The notes beneath the pieces were generated by a model. That model saw only the letters and a program-made list of their open reading frames with translations, made no database searches and had not been told where the DNA came from. Positions 22,538-30,803 of a stretch of DNA of 30,803 nt are shown here, one piece after another. Position 1 is the stretch's first letter. Each line of letters begins with the position of its first letter. A program made the position numbers and the translations under genes. Source of the DNA: a virus. The stretch lies in UHGV virus genome UHGV-0140727, one strand, 5' to 3'.

Positions 22538-23667
22538 TTAAAGCAAAGACTTACCCAGACTTCAAAGAGTTTGTGAAGGGTTTCATTGCAAATGTAAAGG
22601 CTGGTAAGAGATATGATTTTAGAACATATCAAGAGGCTATTTTACCACTTACCTATAGTTCATATTGGCCTGAAGCTGATATTGCAGAAGTTGAGAAGTT
22701 TGACTACAAACCAGACTACAAAGTTCCATTTAGTGATGAATTGCTTTACAGTGTTGGTGCACAGATGAGAACTGCTGATTTCTTCATGGATTTGCAGTAT
22801 GCAATCATCAATGGTAAAGATGTTGACACAATTTACTGTGAATGGTTGGCAAGAGTTAAGCCGTTCTCAATGTTGAATGCTAAGTTGAAGGATGCTATTA
22901 AGCCACCAGCAATTACTCAGCAACCAACAGGTCAAACAGTCAATGAGGGTGGCACACTTACTCTAAGCATTCTAGCAACTAACGCCACTGGATATCAGTG
23001 GAAGAAGGATGGTGAGGACATCCCTAGTGCCAATTCTGCAACTTACACAAAACAGTCAGTAGCACCTTCTGACGCTGGTTCATACACTTGTGTTGTATCT
23101 GGAGAGGGTGGAACAAGTGTTACCTCAGATGCAGCAACAGTGACTGTGAACGCACTACCTGTGATTACACAACAACCTTCTAGCCAGACCATCAATGAGG
23201 GTGGAAACATCAACTTGGAAGTGACTGCAACAGGTGCAACAGGTTATCAGTGGAAGAAAGATGGCTCTGACATTCCTTCGGCTACAGATGCAACCTATAG
23301 TAAGTCTGGTGCTCTGCCAGCAGATGCAGGTTCATACACTTGCGTTGTAACAGGTGCAGGGGGTTCTGTTACTTCTAGCCCTGCAACAGTTACTGTGAAT
23401 GCACTTCCTGTCATCACTCAACAGCCAACCAATCAAGAAATCAATGAAGGTGAGACCTTAACGTTGAATGTTGTGGCAACAGGTGCAACAGGTTATCAGT
23501 GGAAGAAAGATGAGGAAGACATCCTCGATGCAACTACTGCAACCTACACCAAAGAAGGAGCAACCGCTGCTGATGCAGGAAGCTACACCTGTGTAGTTAC
23601 TGGCGCAGGTGGCTCTGTAACATCTAATGCAGCAACAGTTACAGTTAATCCAGCAGGGGAGGCATAA
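22534..23667 (+). CDS. Ig-like repeat protein (N-terminal domain plus three tandem Ig-like domains)
   Basis: 377-aa ORF with three ~83-aa repeats, each carrying ITQQP..Q.(I/V)NEG, ATGATGYQWKKDG, DAGSYTCVV.G.GGSVTS and ATVTVN(A/P), an I-set/Big-like Ig-fold signature. Confidence 0.6.
   Translation: MIKAKTYPDFKEFVKGFIANVKAGKRYDFRTYQEAILPLTYSSYWPEADIAEVEKFDYKPDYKVPFSDELLYSVGAQMRTADFFMDLQYAIINGKDVDTIYCEWLARVKPFSMLNAKLKDAIKPPAITQQPTGQTVNEGGTLTLSILATNATGYQWKKDGEDIPSANSATYTKQSVAPSDAGSYTCVVSGEGGTSVTSDAATVTVNALPVITQQPSSQTINEGGNINLEVTATGATGYQWKKDGSDIPSATDATYSKSGALPADAGSYTCVVTGAGGSVTSSPATVTVNALPVITQQPTNQEINEGETLTLNVVATGATGYQWKKDEEDILDATTATYTKEGATAADAGSYTCVVTGAGGSVTSNAATVTVNPAGEA
22912..23655 (+). repeat. 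Three tandem ~249-bp in-frame DNA repeats encoding the Ig-like domains
   Basis: Near-identical nucleotide blocks, for example caacaggtgcaacaggttatcagtggaagaaagatg at about 23229 and 23478. Confidence 0.6.
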
Positions 23668-24131
23668 TGCAACTCTCAAGAAAAGGTTTAGAAGCTATTA
23701 AGTTCTTTGAAGGTCTTAAGCTAGAGGCTTACGAAGATTCTGCTGGAATCCCCACAATTGGGTATGGGACTATCCGTATTGCTGGTAAACCTGTTAAGAT
23801 GGGTATGAAGATTACCGCTGAACAAGCTGAACAGTATCTTCTCGCAGATGTTGAAAAGTTCGTTGCAGCAGTGAACAAAGCCGTCAAGGTTCCAACTTCT
23901 CAGAATGAGTTTGACGCACTTGTAAGTGAAACATACAACATTGGTATCACAGCTATGCAGGACTCCACATTTATCAAGCGCCACAACGATGGTAATAAGG
24001 TAGGTTGTGCAGAAGCTATGCAGTGGTGGAACAAGGTTACAATCAAAGGTAAGAAGGTCACTTCAAACGGCCTGAAAAACAGACGTAGAATGGAAGCTGA
24101 CATTTATCTTGACAGTGTATACCCAAAGTAA
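23667..24131 (+). CDS. Endolysin, lysozyme (glycoside hydrolase family 24, lambda R / T4 e type)
   Basis: 154-aa ORF with the GH24 N-terminal catalytic signature EGLKLEAYEDSAGIPTIGYGT (Glu, Asp, Thr spacing). Start overlaps the stop of the Ig-like gene (ATAATG). Confidence 0.8.
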   Translation: MQLSRKGLEAIKFFEGLKLEAYEDSAGIPTIGYGTIRIAGKPVKMGMKITAEQAEQYLLADVEKFVAAVNKAVKVPTSQNEFDALVSETYNIGITAMQDSTFIKRHNDGNKVGCAEAMQWWNKVTIKGKKVTSNGLKNRRRMEADIYLDSVYPK

Positions 24132-24140
24132 TATCTTCAT

Positions 24141-24168
24141 AGGCTCCTTCGGGAGCCTTTTTTATTTT
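24141..24168 (+). terminator. Rho-independent terminator after the endolysin gene
   Basis: aggctcc-ttcg-ggagcct: perfect 7-bp GC-rich stem on a tetraloop, followed by TTTTTTATTTT. Confidence 0.75.
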
Positions 24169-24182
24169 CTAAGGAGAAAACT

Positions 24183-24581
24183 ATGAAACTTTGGGCTAGT
24201 GACTTTGGAACTTTTAAGTACACTCGTAATGGCTCGCTTGTACGCATTGTCGGGAACAATGTGGTTTCAAGAGGTGACAAGGTATATACACGGTTTACTG
24301 TAGAGCTTGTTGAGTTGTCACCTATTGAGTCTGTGAACAATGGCCTGTTCAAGTTTGAGACTTACAATGTCAACGAACATGGACAATTCAACCCTCTTGG
24401 TGAAAGTGGACTTGATATTATTTCAGAGCACCCATTGACAAAAGAGCAACTTGCAGGTTACTATAAATCTGTTCTGGAAAGGCAGTTAGCAACACATGAA
24501 CAAGAAGCTAACTACCATCTACAGCATTGCGAAACTTTAAGAGCAAAAATCGAACAAGCAGAGAGAGGTTTTTATGAATAA
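24183..24581 (+). CDS. Hypothetical protein
   Basis: 132-aa ORF after the terminator, with AAGGAGAAAA upstream of the ATG. Confidence 0.5.
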   Translation: MKLWASDFGTFKYTRNGSLVRIVGNNVVSRGDKVYTRFTVELVELSPIESVNNGLFKFETYNVNEHGQFNPLGESGLDIISEHPLTKEQLAGYYKSVLERQLATHEQEANYHLQHCETLRAKIEQAERGFYE

Positions 24582-24972
24582 AGATGTTAGAGATATTCAA
24601 GTAAAGGTTGACACATTTGGTCATGATGGTCGAGAAGACATCGGTTTTGCCGACGCAGTAATATTCAAGTGCAACGGAGATTTATTCCTTCGTTTTACAG
24701 GGTCTGGAAGCACCCTTCATCGGGTGCGAGATGATGAAGATGGCTGCCCTGTATTTGGTTGGTTTGACACAGAGTTTCCTCTCTACGTAATCCACTATCC
24801 AGATGGTGGAGAAGACTGGACAACTCAATCAATCTTTGATGAGCTTAATGGTGTTCCAGTTGAGCAAGAAGAGCAAGAGCCTGTTGAACTTACCTTCACT
24901 TTTATCAAAGAAGAGAAAGTAGGTGACTTGTCAGTAACTGAAGCAATTCAAGTCTCACAGGTGATTCGTTAA
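24574..24972 (+). CDS. Hypothetical protein
   Basis: 132-aa ORF with 8-nt overlap to the upstream gene. Confidence 0.5.
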   Translation: MNKDVRDIQVKVDTFGHDGREDIGFADAVIFKCNGDLFLRFTGSGSTLHRVRDDEDGCPVFGWFDTEFPLYVIHYPDGGEDWTTQSIFDELNGVPVEQEEQEPVELTFTFIKEEKVGDLSVTEAIQVSQVIR

Positions 24973-25265
24973 TGAGTAAAGTACAGGTTGTTTTCCCTAT
25001 TTGTGACTTCTCACTAGAGCGTGAACTTGACCTGTACGAAGAAATTACTGACGAAATTATCTGGTCTGTTGTAGAAGAGGCTATCAAGAAGCTGTATGGT
25101 GGCCTCTTAAACCCATCAAGTAAGAAGTTAAGCACTAAGCAAGTAGCTGACCCATATGTTTCATACGATGCCTACAACAAGCCTTTTGAGAATACCTGCT
25201 TTGACCTTATGGTAGGTAATAACAAAGTCAACTATTTCTTCGTCAGAGAGTTTAACGATGAGTAA
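24972..25265 (+). CDS. Hypothetical protein
   Basis: 97-aa ORF with start/stop overlap. Confidence 0.45.
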   Translation: MSKVQVVFPICDFSLERELDLYEEITDEIIWSVVEEAIKKLYGGLLNPSSKKLSTKQVADPYVSYDAYNKPFENTCFDLMVGNNKVNYFFVREFNDE

Positions 25266-25602
25266 GCTCCATGTCACAGTGTACAAAAACTTCTCAGATA
25301 TAAAAGAGTCTTTAACAAATAAGCTTGACTTACAACGTAAAAGACTCTTTTTAATGTACGACATAGACAACTACGACCATCCTAAAGAGTTTAACTATAA
25401 AGATGGTACAAAGGTCGTTGAATTTGAAGATTCTGTAACGGTATATGTAAAATATGACTTACCAGCAAAGTACATAGGGATGTTAGAGTACTACATATTC
25501 AAACATACAGGTATGCGTGGTGAAGCTGTTAAGATATCTTCTATAGAAGTTTTTGAGAAACCTAACACACAACTTAAAAAGTATTTAATGAGGAAACTGT
25601 AA
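25258..25602 (+). CDS. Hypothetical protein
   Basis: 114-aa ORF with overlapping junctions on both sides. Confidence 0.45.
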   Translation: MSKLHVTVYKNFSDIKESLTNKLDLQRKRLFLMYDIDNYDHPKEFNYKDGTKVVEFEDSVTVYVKYDLPAKYIGMLEYYIFKHTGMRGEAVKISSIEVFEKPNTQLKKYLMRKL

Positions 25603-26183
25603 TGTCCGAAGAGCAACAGAATATCACTCCACAAGTAACACTGGTACAACATTTTGGAAATATTGAAGGTTGTATTGCACTTTTTCAACCAAGTATCAAC
25701 TCTCCTGCAAAAGTTTGCAAGTTGACTATGAATGTTAACAACATCAGTGTTTGCCTTGTTGAAGAAGTTCAATATTTCAAGTTCAATGACAGAGAGGTTG
25801 ATGCTGCACTATTGAAGTATCGAGCAAACCTCGAAAAAGATATTGACCACAAAGAACTTGTAACATTGTTTGGCGACCTTCACAAGCTTCTTGAAAAGGT
25901 TATGAAGCGTACATACTACATGAACAATGGTTCAATCATCACCACTTTGATTTCACCATGTATTTCAGAGCCAATTTTAACTGATGACGGTGGATACTAC
26001 GTGGTAGCATCAGCAGACTCTGATTGGTGGATGAAGAACACAGCACTTAAGACAGTGATTGAGGCTATCCGCGAACATATCCCTTCATTCAGCCCGTGGA
26101 AAGGTAAAAGTGATGATTTCATTGCATTGTTGAGTGAAGAGAGTAACAAGCGCAGTGCATTACTGCCTAAAAAATACTCTTGA
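25602..26183 (+). CDS. Hypothetical protein
   Basis: 193-aa ORF, start overlapping the upstream stop. Confidence 0.5.
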   Translation: MSEEQQNITPQVTLVQHFGNIEGCIALFQPSINSPAKVCKLTMNVNNISVCLVEEVQYFKFNDREVDAALLKYRANLEKDIDHKELVTLFGDLHKLLEKVMKRTYYMNNGSIITTLISPCISEPILTDDGGYYVVASADSDWWMKNTALKTVIEAIREHIPSFSPWKGKSDDFIALLSEESNKRSALLPKKYS

Positions 26184-26255
26184 CCGAGTATACAATATTG
26201 ACTATGATGGGAGCTATCGAGAGGTAGTTCCCTTTTTAGTTTCTGGAGAGTAGAT

Positions 26256-26801
26256 ATGGCTAAAGTGAAAGAACACGATAAAATTATTTTGTATGTTAAA
26301 CAGAATCCTTCAAAGAGTGTTGAGGCTGTTGTAACACACATCTCACACAATGGTACAGTTTATTTCCGACCACTGAAGAATTTAGACTTTGACACAACAC
26401 CAAACCACACATTCAGTACTTCTGCAAGACTGTGTGCAGGTACTGTATACTCAACTGCTGAGATTGAGTCCTTATCTTTCACGGGTGCTTACAAAAACTT
26501 TATAGGGATTGCTCTAAAGGACTCTGAAGAATCTTTTAAATTTTTCATGGAGACTAATAAAGGTTGCTACACACATGTTATGCCAGTCTATAAGAAAGTT
26601 GACACAGAGCTTACCAGTAAGTGCGAAGAAATTAGTAGTGACCTGAAGGAGCGTAAAACAGCTATTCAGAATGCCATTTACATCATTGAGAGGAACCATT
26701 TAGAAGTTCTTTTCAGAGATATGCTAAAAGCAGGGTTTACTCCAAACGAAATTACAAGAGAAACACAACGACAGTTCAGAAACGCTATGGTGAAAGAATG
26801 A
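26256..26801 (+). CDS. Hypothetical protein
   Basis: 181-aa ORF with GGAGAG upstream of the ATG. Confidence 0.5.
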   Translation: MAKVKEHDKIILYVKQNPSKSVEAVVTHISHNGTVYFRPLKNLDFDTTPNHTFSTSARLCAGTVYSTAEIESLSFTGAYKNFIGIALKDSEESFKFFMETNKGCYTHVMPVYKKVDTELTSKCEEISSDLKERKTAIQNAIYIIERNHLEVLFRDMLKAGFTPNEITRETQRQFRNAMVKE

Positions 26802-27016
26802 AAAAGTTAACTACAGTTGAAGATTACTACAAACTTTCCCTGTTAGAACAGTATCGTAGAAGCCAGAATATCAGAAAATGCTACGGTAAACACGCTGAAG
26901 GTGACTTTTACCGTTGCTATGATGCAGATTTAAAAGGTGTAACACCTAGAGGTAAAGTCCTGCAAAGACTTGTTGACCTTGAGTGGAACAAACGATTGAG
27001 AGGGGTTGGAAAATGA
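26798..27016 (+). CDS. Hypothetical small protein
   Basis: 72-aa ORF with ATGA-type overlap to the upstream gene. Confidence 0.4.
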   Translation: MKKLTTVEDYYKLSLLEQYRRSQNIRKCYGKHAEGDFYRCYDADLKGVTPRGKVLQRLVDLEWNKRLRGVGK

Positions 27017-27516
27017 TTTACGAAGAAAGATACAAAATAGATTACCAGAAGACTGGTCATCATACTTCACTAAGAGTAACCAAACCAAATGGGGATACCG
27101 GTATCATAGCACATTTTGGTGGTGATTATTGGTACGGTACAGGTTGCTTTGAAGGCTACACTCAAGAATACTTGAAAGCTTTCTACAGAGACTTTACAAA
27201 TGACTACAACAGGGTTGTTGACGAAAAGAACAAGTGTATTAAGCATGAACACCATGCCAGAGGCTGCCTAAGTATTGTTATGGTACTGACGTTCTTCTTA
27301 GCAATGTTACTGACAGTATCAGCAATCAGTTGTATAGCTCAAGACTTGACCATTACACAGATTACTGCAAAGGTACATGATGTTTGGTACTTGTATGCTG
27401 TTCCTTTAGCTGGTATCATCATCTCACTAATGAGGTTCAGAGTTCATAAGAAACGACTTAAGGACTCTGAGGTTAAACTTGAAGAGGTAAGTAAAGAATG
27501 CAACCTACAATTATAG
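26983..27516 (+). CDS. Hypothetical membrane protein (two predicted C-terminal transmembrane helices)
   Basis: 177-aa ORF. Hydrophobic segments LSIVMVLTFFLAMLLTVSAISCI and WYLYAVPLAGIIISLM follow a soluble N-terminal domain. Confidence 0.45.
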   Translation: MEQTIERGWKMIYEERYKIDYQKTGHHTSLRVTKPNGDTGIIAHFGGDYWYGTGCFEGYTQEYLKAFYRDFTNDYNRVVDEKNKCIKHEHHARGCLSIVMVLTFFLAMLLTVSAISCIAQDLTITQITAKVHDVWYLYAVPLAGIIISLMRFRVHKKRLKDSEVKLEEVSKECNLQL

Positions 27517-27592
27517 CTGTATGTGTTCGTTTTGCAATCGCCGAAATGATTAACAAGGCAATCTTAAAAGATGCCTATGGAGAGACTAAGTA

Positions 27593-27817
27593 ATGATTAA
27601 GACACCTGTACCAATTTTTGGATTTCCTTCTATAGAAGAGTTCAAAGTTTATCTTGACAAAAACTTCTACAACGAGCAGCCTGTTACTTTGCTGAAGAGT
27701 GACTTATCAGAGCTTCTTGATATGGTTATCAAGGCAACTTCTGAGAAGGAGCCTGAACAGAAAGCTGAGAAGAAGACTAGTAAGAAATCCGATAAGAAGA
27801 CTGAAAAGTCTGAGTAA
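27593..27817 (+). CDS. Hypothetical small protein with a Lys/Glu-rich C-terminal tail
   Basis: 74-aa ORF; C-terminus EKEPEQKAEKKTSKKSDKKTEKSE. Confidence 0.4.
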   Translation: MIKTPVPIFGFPSIEEFKVYLDKNFYNEQPVTLLKSDLSELLDMVIKATSEKEPEQKAEKKTSKKSDKKTEKSE

Positions 27818-27868
27818 TAACTTAGGGGTTACTTGATAGCCCCTTTGTAGAACTTAGAAGGTAGCGAA

Positions 27869-28297
27869 ATGAAAGAGCATGTAGGTAAAGAGCTTGACAT
27901 TGTAGATGCAAAGACACAGAGGCATATAGCTACTGTTAAGTTTCTTGGAATCAGTGATATGAGTGATTTTTATCCTCTCAACTGCATAGTGCTAGACAAA
28001 TTTGAGGTTTGTGGTATTAATTTTAATGAGGATAACTTTATAAGCTTTGATAAGGACGGTTTCTGGCGTGGTAAGAACCATCCTCAAGCAAATGAGTTTG
28101 ATATGCGTCTAGTGATACCACAAAAAGGTAATCCACAAAACGTAAAAGATATCCTTGTGGAAGCCTATGCAGAAGGTATAATAGATGTTGTGCATGATGT
28201 TGAAAAAGCTTTAAAGCTTATTATGCCACATTTAGAATCTGGAAAGCTGACTTTAGAGATGCTTAATAGGGTTATTCGGAGAGCTTATGAAAATTAA
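27869..28297 (+). CDS. Hypothetical protein
   Basis: 142-aa ORF with AGGTAGCGAA upstream of the ATG. Confidence 0.5.
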   Translation: MKEHVGKELDIVDAKTQRHIATVKFLGISDMSDFYPLNCIVLDKFEVCGINFNEDNFISFDKDGFWRGKNHPQANEFDMRLVIPQKGNPQNVKDILVEAYAEGIIDVVHDVEKALKLIMPHLESGKLTLEMLNRVIRRAYEN

Positions 28298-28751
28298 AGA
28301 AGTAGTGCAAAGAGCAATGCTTGACAATTCTACTAAAGATGAGATGTACACAGAAATTTGTGATAAGTTGAACTGCTCAAGACATGCTGCTAAGGTTCTT
28401 GTACATTGTTTTATTTGGGAATGCTCAGAAGCCTATATGAAACACGTAGCTTTTGAGAGTTCTCATTTACTCGGTGATGTAAAAATAGGTGTAGCACTAA
28501 AAGAGCCTGAGATGAAAACAGTACCTAAGGTTGGTAATGTGTATAAACTAAAAAATTTTATTACAGGCGAGATTGTTGCAGAAGGTGAAGTGCAACAGGT
28601 TTATCATGATGGTAAATATCTGTTTAAGATATTCGAGTATGATAGTCGTTACAGACACTTATGCGGTATTACATTTTTAGTTTCAGAGGATGACCTCATC
28701 AAGAACAATAGTAATAAATTCGCAGTACCAGAATATCAAGTTTTACGATAA
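28287..28751 (+). CDS. Hypothetical protein
   Basis: 154-aa ORF overlapping the upstream gene by 11 nt. Confidence 0.5.
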   Translation: MKIKEVVQRAMLDNSTKDEMYTEICDKLNCSRHAAKVLVHCFIWECSEAYMKHVAFESSHLLGDVKIGVALKEPEMKTVPKVGNVYKLKNFITGEIVAEGEVQQVYHDGKYLFKIFEYDSRYRHLCGITFLVSEDDLIKNNSNKFAVPEYQVLR

Positions 28752-29313
28752 TGGTGTGATATCTATGGAAAAAGATAACTTAAAAGAAGTTGAAGGTAAC
28801 TACCTAGTACTTGACTGGAGTGATGTTCGAGAAGCACTCTCCGAAGAAAATCTTGACTGGTTCGAACAAATTATCTTTGCAGTACGGCATAACAGAGAAG
28901 TCGAAAATGGTAAAGAACCACTTGAAGGAATCTTTGTAGAAAGGTCTTATCCGTTCTATGAAGACACTTTGCAGAAAGTTAAAATGTACTTTAAACAGAA
29001 GAACCGTAAAGTGGTCACTATGGTATCTCTTGGTGGGCAGAGTATGTCTATTATGGAAGATATCAACCCTAAGAGACCGAGTAAAGGTGTCTGTATAAAA
29101 ATCACAGGTCATGAAGAGTATATCTCAGTGGATGATTTTAGTATATTCTGTAATGGTTCTGCTGTCTTTAATGGGTTTCACTATGATATCCGAGTGTACC
29201 CAATCAAGGGAGATGCTGTTATGATGCAGATATTCGATAACAACAATGGATTCACTCATTTTTATCAGACAACTAAGTCATCATTGAAGACAGTTTTAGA
29301 AAGCCTGATTTAA
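28690..29313 (+). CDS. Hypothetical protein (start uncertain; alternative ATG at 28765)
   Basis: 207-aa ORF in the track that overlaps the previous gene by 62 nt. The in-frame ATG at 28765-28767 would give a non-overlapping 182-aa product. Confidence 0.45.
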   Translation: MTSSRTIVINSQYQNIKFYDNGVISMEKDNLKEVEGNYLVLDWSDVREALSEENLDWFEQIIFAVRHNREVENGKEPLEGIFVERSYPFYEDTLQKVKMYFKQKNRKVVTMVSLGGQSMSIMEDINPKRPSKGVCIKITGHEEYISVDDFSIFCNGSAVFNGFHYDIRVYPIKGDAVMMQIFDNNNGFTHFYQTTKSSLKTVLESLI

Positions 29314-29324
29314 AATATCTTAAG

Positions 29325-29348
29325 AGCCTCCTTAATTGGGGGCTTTTT
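29325..29348 (+). terminator. Rho-independent terminator closing the plus-strand gene block
   Basis: agcctcc-ttaatt-gggggct: 7-bp stem with one G-U pair, followed by TTTTT, 12 nt after the last stop codon. Confidence 0.65.
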
Positions 29349-29389
29349 ATTGAGTAAAATTTACGAAATTTATATTTTTTATAAAATTT

Positions 29390-30803
29390 TATCGGTTGTC
29401 CCAACCTCTGGGTCACCATCATATGTGAATAAAATATCTATCCTTCTTAACAACCTTCTTAATCTTACTCTCTATATAGTTATATAGTACTATATAGTAT
29501 CTTAGTAACTATCTAGTGGTCTTAATAGCCCCACTGTATAAGCCTTCTAAACACTCTTCTGACAAGCCTTCTTAACAGCCTATACAACCACCTTAACCAT
29601 CTCTCTACATCCTCTTAGAAGCTCCTATACACCTCTTAATCTCTAGGTTAGCTATGACACTCTCTATAGGTTTTCACTAGGTATTACTAAGCCTCTATAT
29701 AGACTGTTTTAACAAACTTAACAGGAATATCTTTACAGACCTTATCTCACAAGGTCTAACACGGTACTAACAAGGTATCTTATAAGCCTGTTATTACCTG
29801 TATTTTTAAAAGGCTGTATAGGTAATTATTCAGAATTTTAAAATTTTTATAAAATAGGACTATCAAGTCATTTTTTAGGGTCTTTGAAGGAACTGAAAAA
29901 TATCTGTCTAGGATGTATATCTGCTTGGTAGCCCTTAACAGCTCCCTTACAAGTACTTTGCAAAATTTTAAAATATCCTTAACAATCTCTTAACAGTTCT
30001 CACATCTTCTTAACAACTCTTCAAAGGTCTTAACAGATTCTTAACAGAACTAACAAGGATGTAACAAGTTCTTAACAGTCGATACATGGTCTTTACAGAG
30101 TCTTAACAGATGACTAACAAGAGCTAACAAGTTAATTTTTAAGAGTTATTTTGTTAAGATAATTAACAAGTTCCTAACAAGTATTTAATCTTTTTAACAA
30201 GCTATTAACATGGTCACTACTTCTTTCTTATCGTTCCCTTTCCTTTCTTAATTGGTATTGTTACCAATCCCTAGTGATTCTTTAAACATACCTCTTAAAA
30301 GCTCTCTATAGCTCTTTATAAGCTCTTTTAAGTCTCTTCCTAGTATCTACCCCCCAACTGTACAGATAGCTCTTTATAGGGCTTTACAGGAGTTTTTAAG
30401 GCTATGTCAAAGACTCTTACAAGGATTTTACGTGGTCTTAACAGAGATTTAACAAGGGGCTAACAAGTTGCTAACAAGTGCCTTAAAAGCATAACTATGT
30501 AGGGTTTGTTAAGAAATTGTTAAGAAAATGTTAAGGGGGCTAGCATTTACGTAACTTTATAGCCTCTTTTACGTAACTTTTAAGCTACTTCAAAGTAACT
30601 TTAAAGCCCCTATAACATACTTTTTAGTGACTATCAAGGGGTTGTTTAGTTATTCACAAGAATACTAATGAGATGATAAAGCTTACACCCTTATAAGATT
30701 CTTTTAAGGCTCTAGGAAGCTTTATAAAGGGCTTTTTAGGGTGAGTTAATGCAATCCCTTAAGTTAGGTTGATAAGGCTGTTATAGAGCTTTATAGAGCG
30801 TTT
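29390..30803. repeat. Repeat-dense non-coding region with iteron-like motif families
   Basis: No ORF in any frame. More than 25 copies of YTTAACAR(G) / CTAACAAG, densest at 29960-30215 and 30430-30480; inverted copies TGTTAAG at 30505-30535; a second family (G)CTCT(T)TATAG at 29630, 29695, 30300-30335, 30375, 30781-30803; three tandem TATATAGTA units at 29474-29500. Confidence 0.6.

Noticed and set aside
23458-24352. Minus-strand ORFs 23458-23679, 23721-23984, 23900-24103 and 24137-24352
   Set aside because: Antisense to the Ig-like and lysozyme genes (Cys-rich antisense artefacts), and 24137-24352 spans the strong plus-strand terminator.
24905-27255. Minus-strand ORFs 24905-25135, 25161-25370, 25491-25772, 25997-26350, 26514-26699 and 27070-27255
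   Set aside because: Each is antisense to a tightly packed plus-strand gene block with overlapping start/stop junctions.
28804-29112. Minus-strand 102-aa ORF
   Set aside because: Antisense within the last plus-strand gene, with no expression signals.
29390-30803. Possible CRISPR array in the repeat-rich region
   Set aside because: Motifs are only 7-10 bp, occur in both orientations and are irregularly spaced; no 25-40-bp direct repeats with uniform spacers.

Overview
This window looks like a tailed-phage genome segment (about 40% GC by eye) in three blocks. (1) Positions 1-13028, minus strand: a late structural/packaging module running terminase large subunit, portal, S49-type prohead protease/scaffold, decoration-like protein, major capsid protein, four small head-tail proteins, sheath-like and tube-like tail proteins, chaperone-slot ORFs and the start of a tape-measure gene. 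(2) Positions 13251-18874, minus strand: an array of about 27 tRNA genes, hand-folded from the sequence, several of them structurally atypical. Embedded in it are an HNH endonuclease, a small membrane-protein operon, a Ser/Thr-rich ORF, and four paralogous structured RNA elements that share a covarying helix; one of them encloses a circularly permuted tRNA-like module. Directly upstream (19040-20455) is a protein with a clear vWA MIDAS motif whose architecture resembles Ro60/Rsr, so I propose a phage Ro60-like protein plus Y-RNA-like tRNA mimics as the most interesting candidate system; this is inference, not a database result. (3) Positions 21158-29313, plus strand: a divergently transcribed module of small genes including a GH24 lysozyme-type endolysin and an Ig-like-repeat protein with a tandem paralog, followed by a repeat-dense non-coding region (29390-30803) with iteron-like motifs. 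No searches or tools were run; every call rests on reading the sequence and ORF track, and tRNA coordinates are accurate to a few nucleotides at best.
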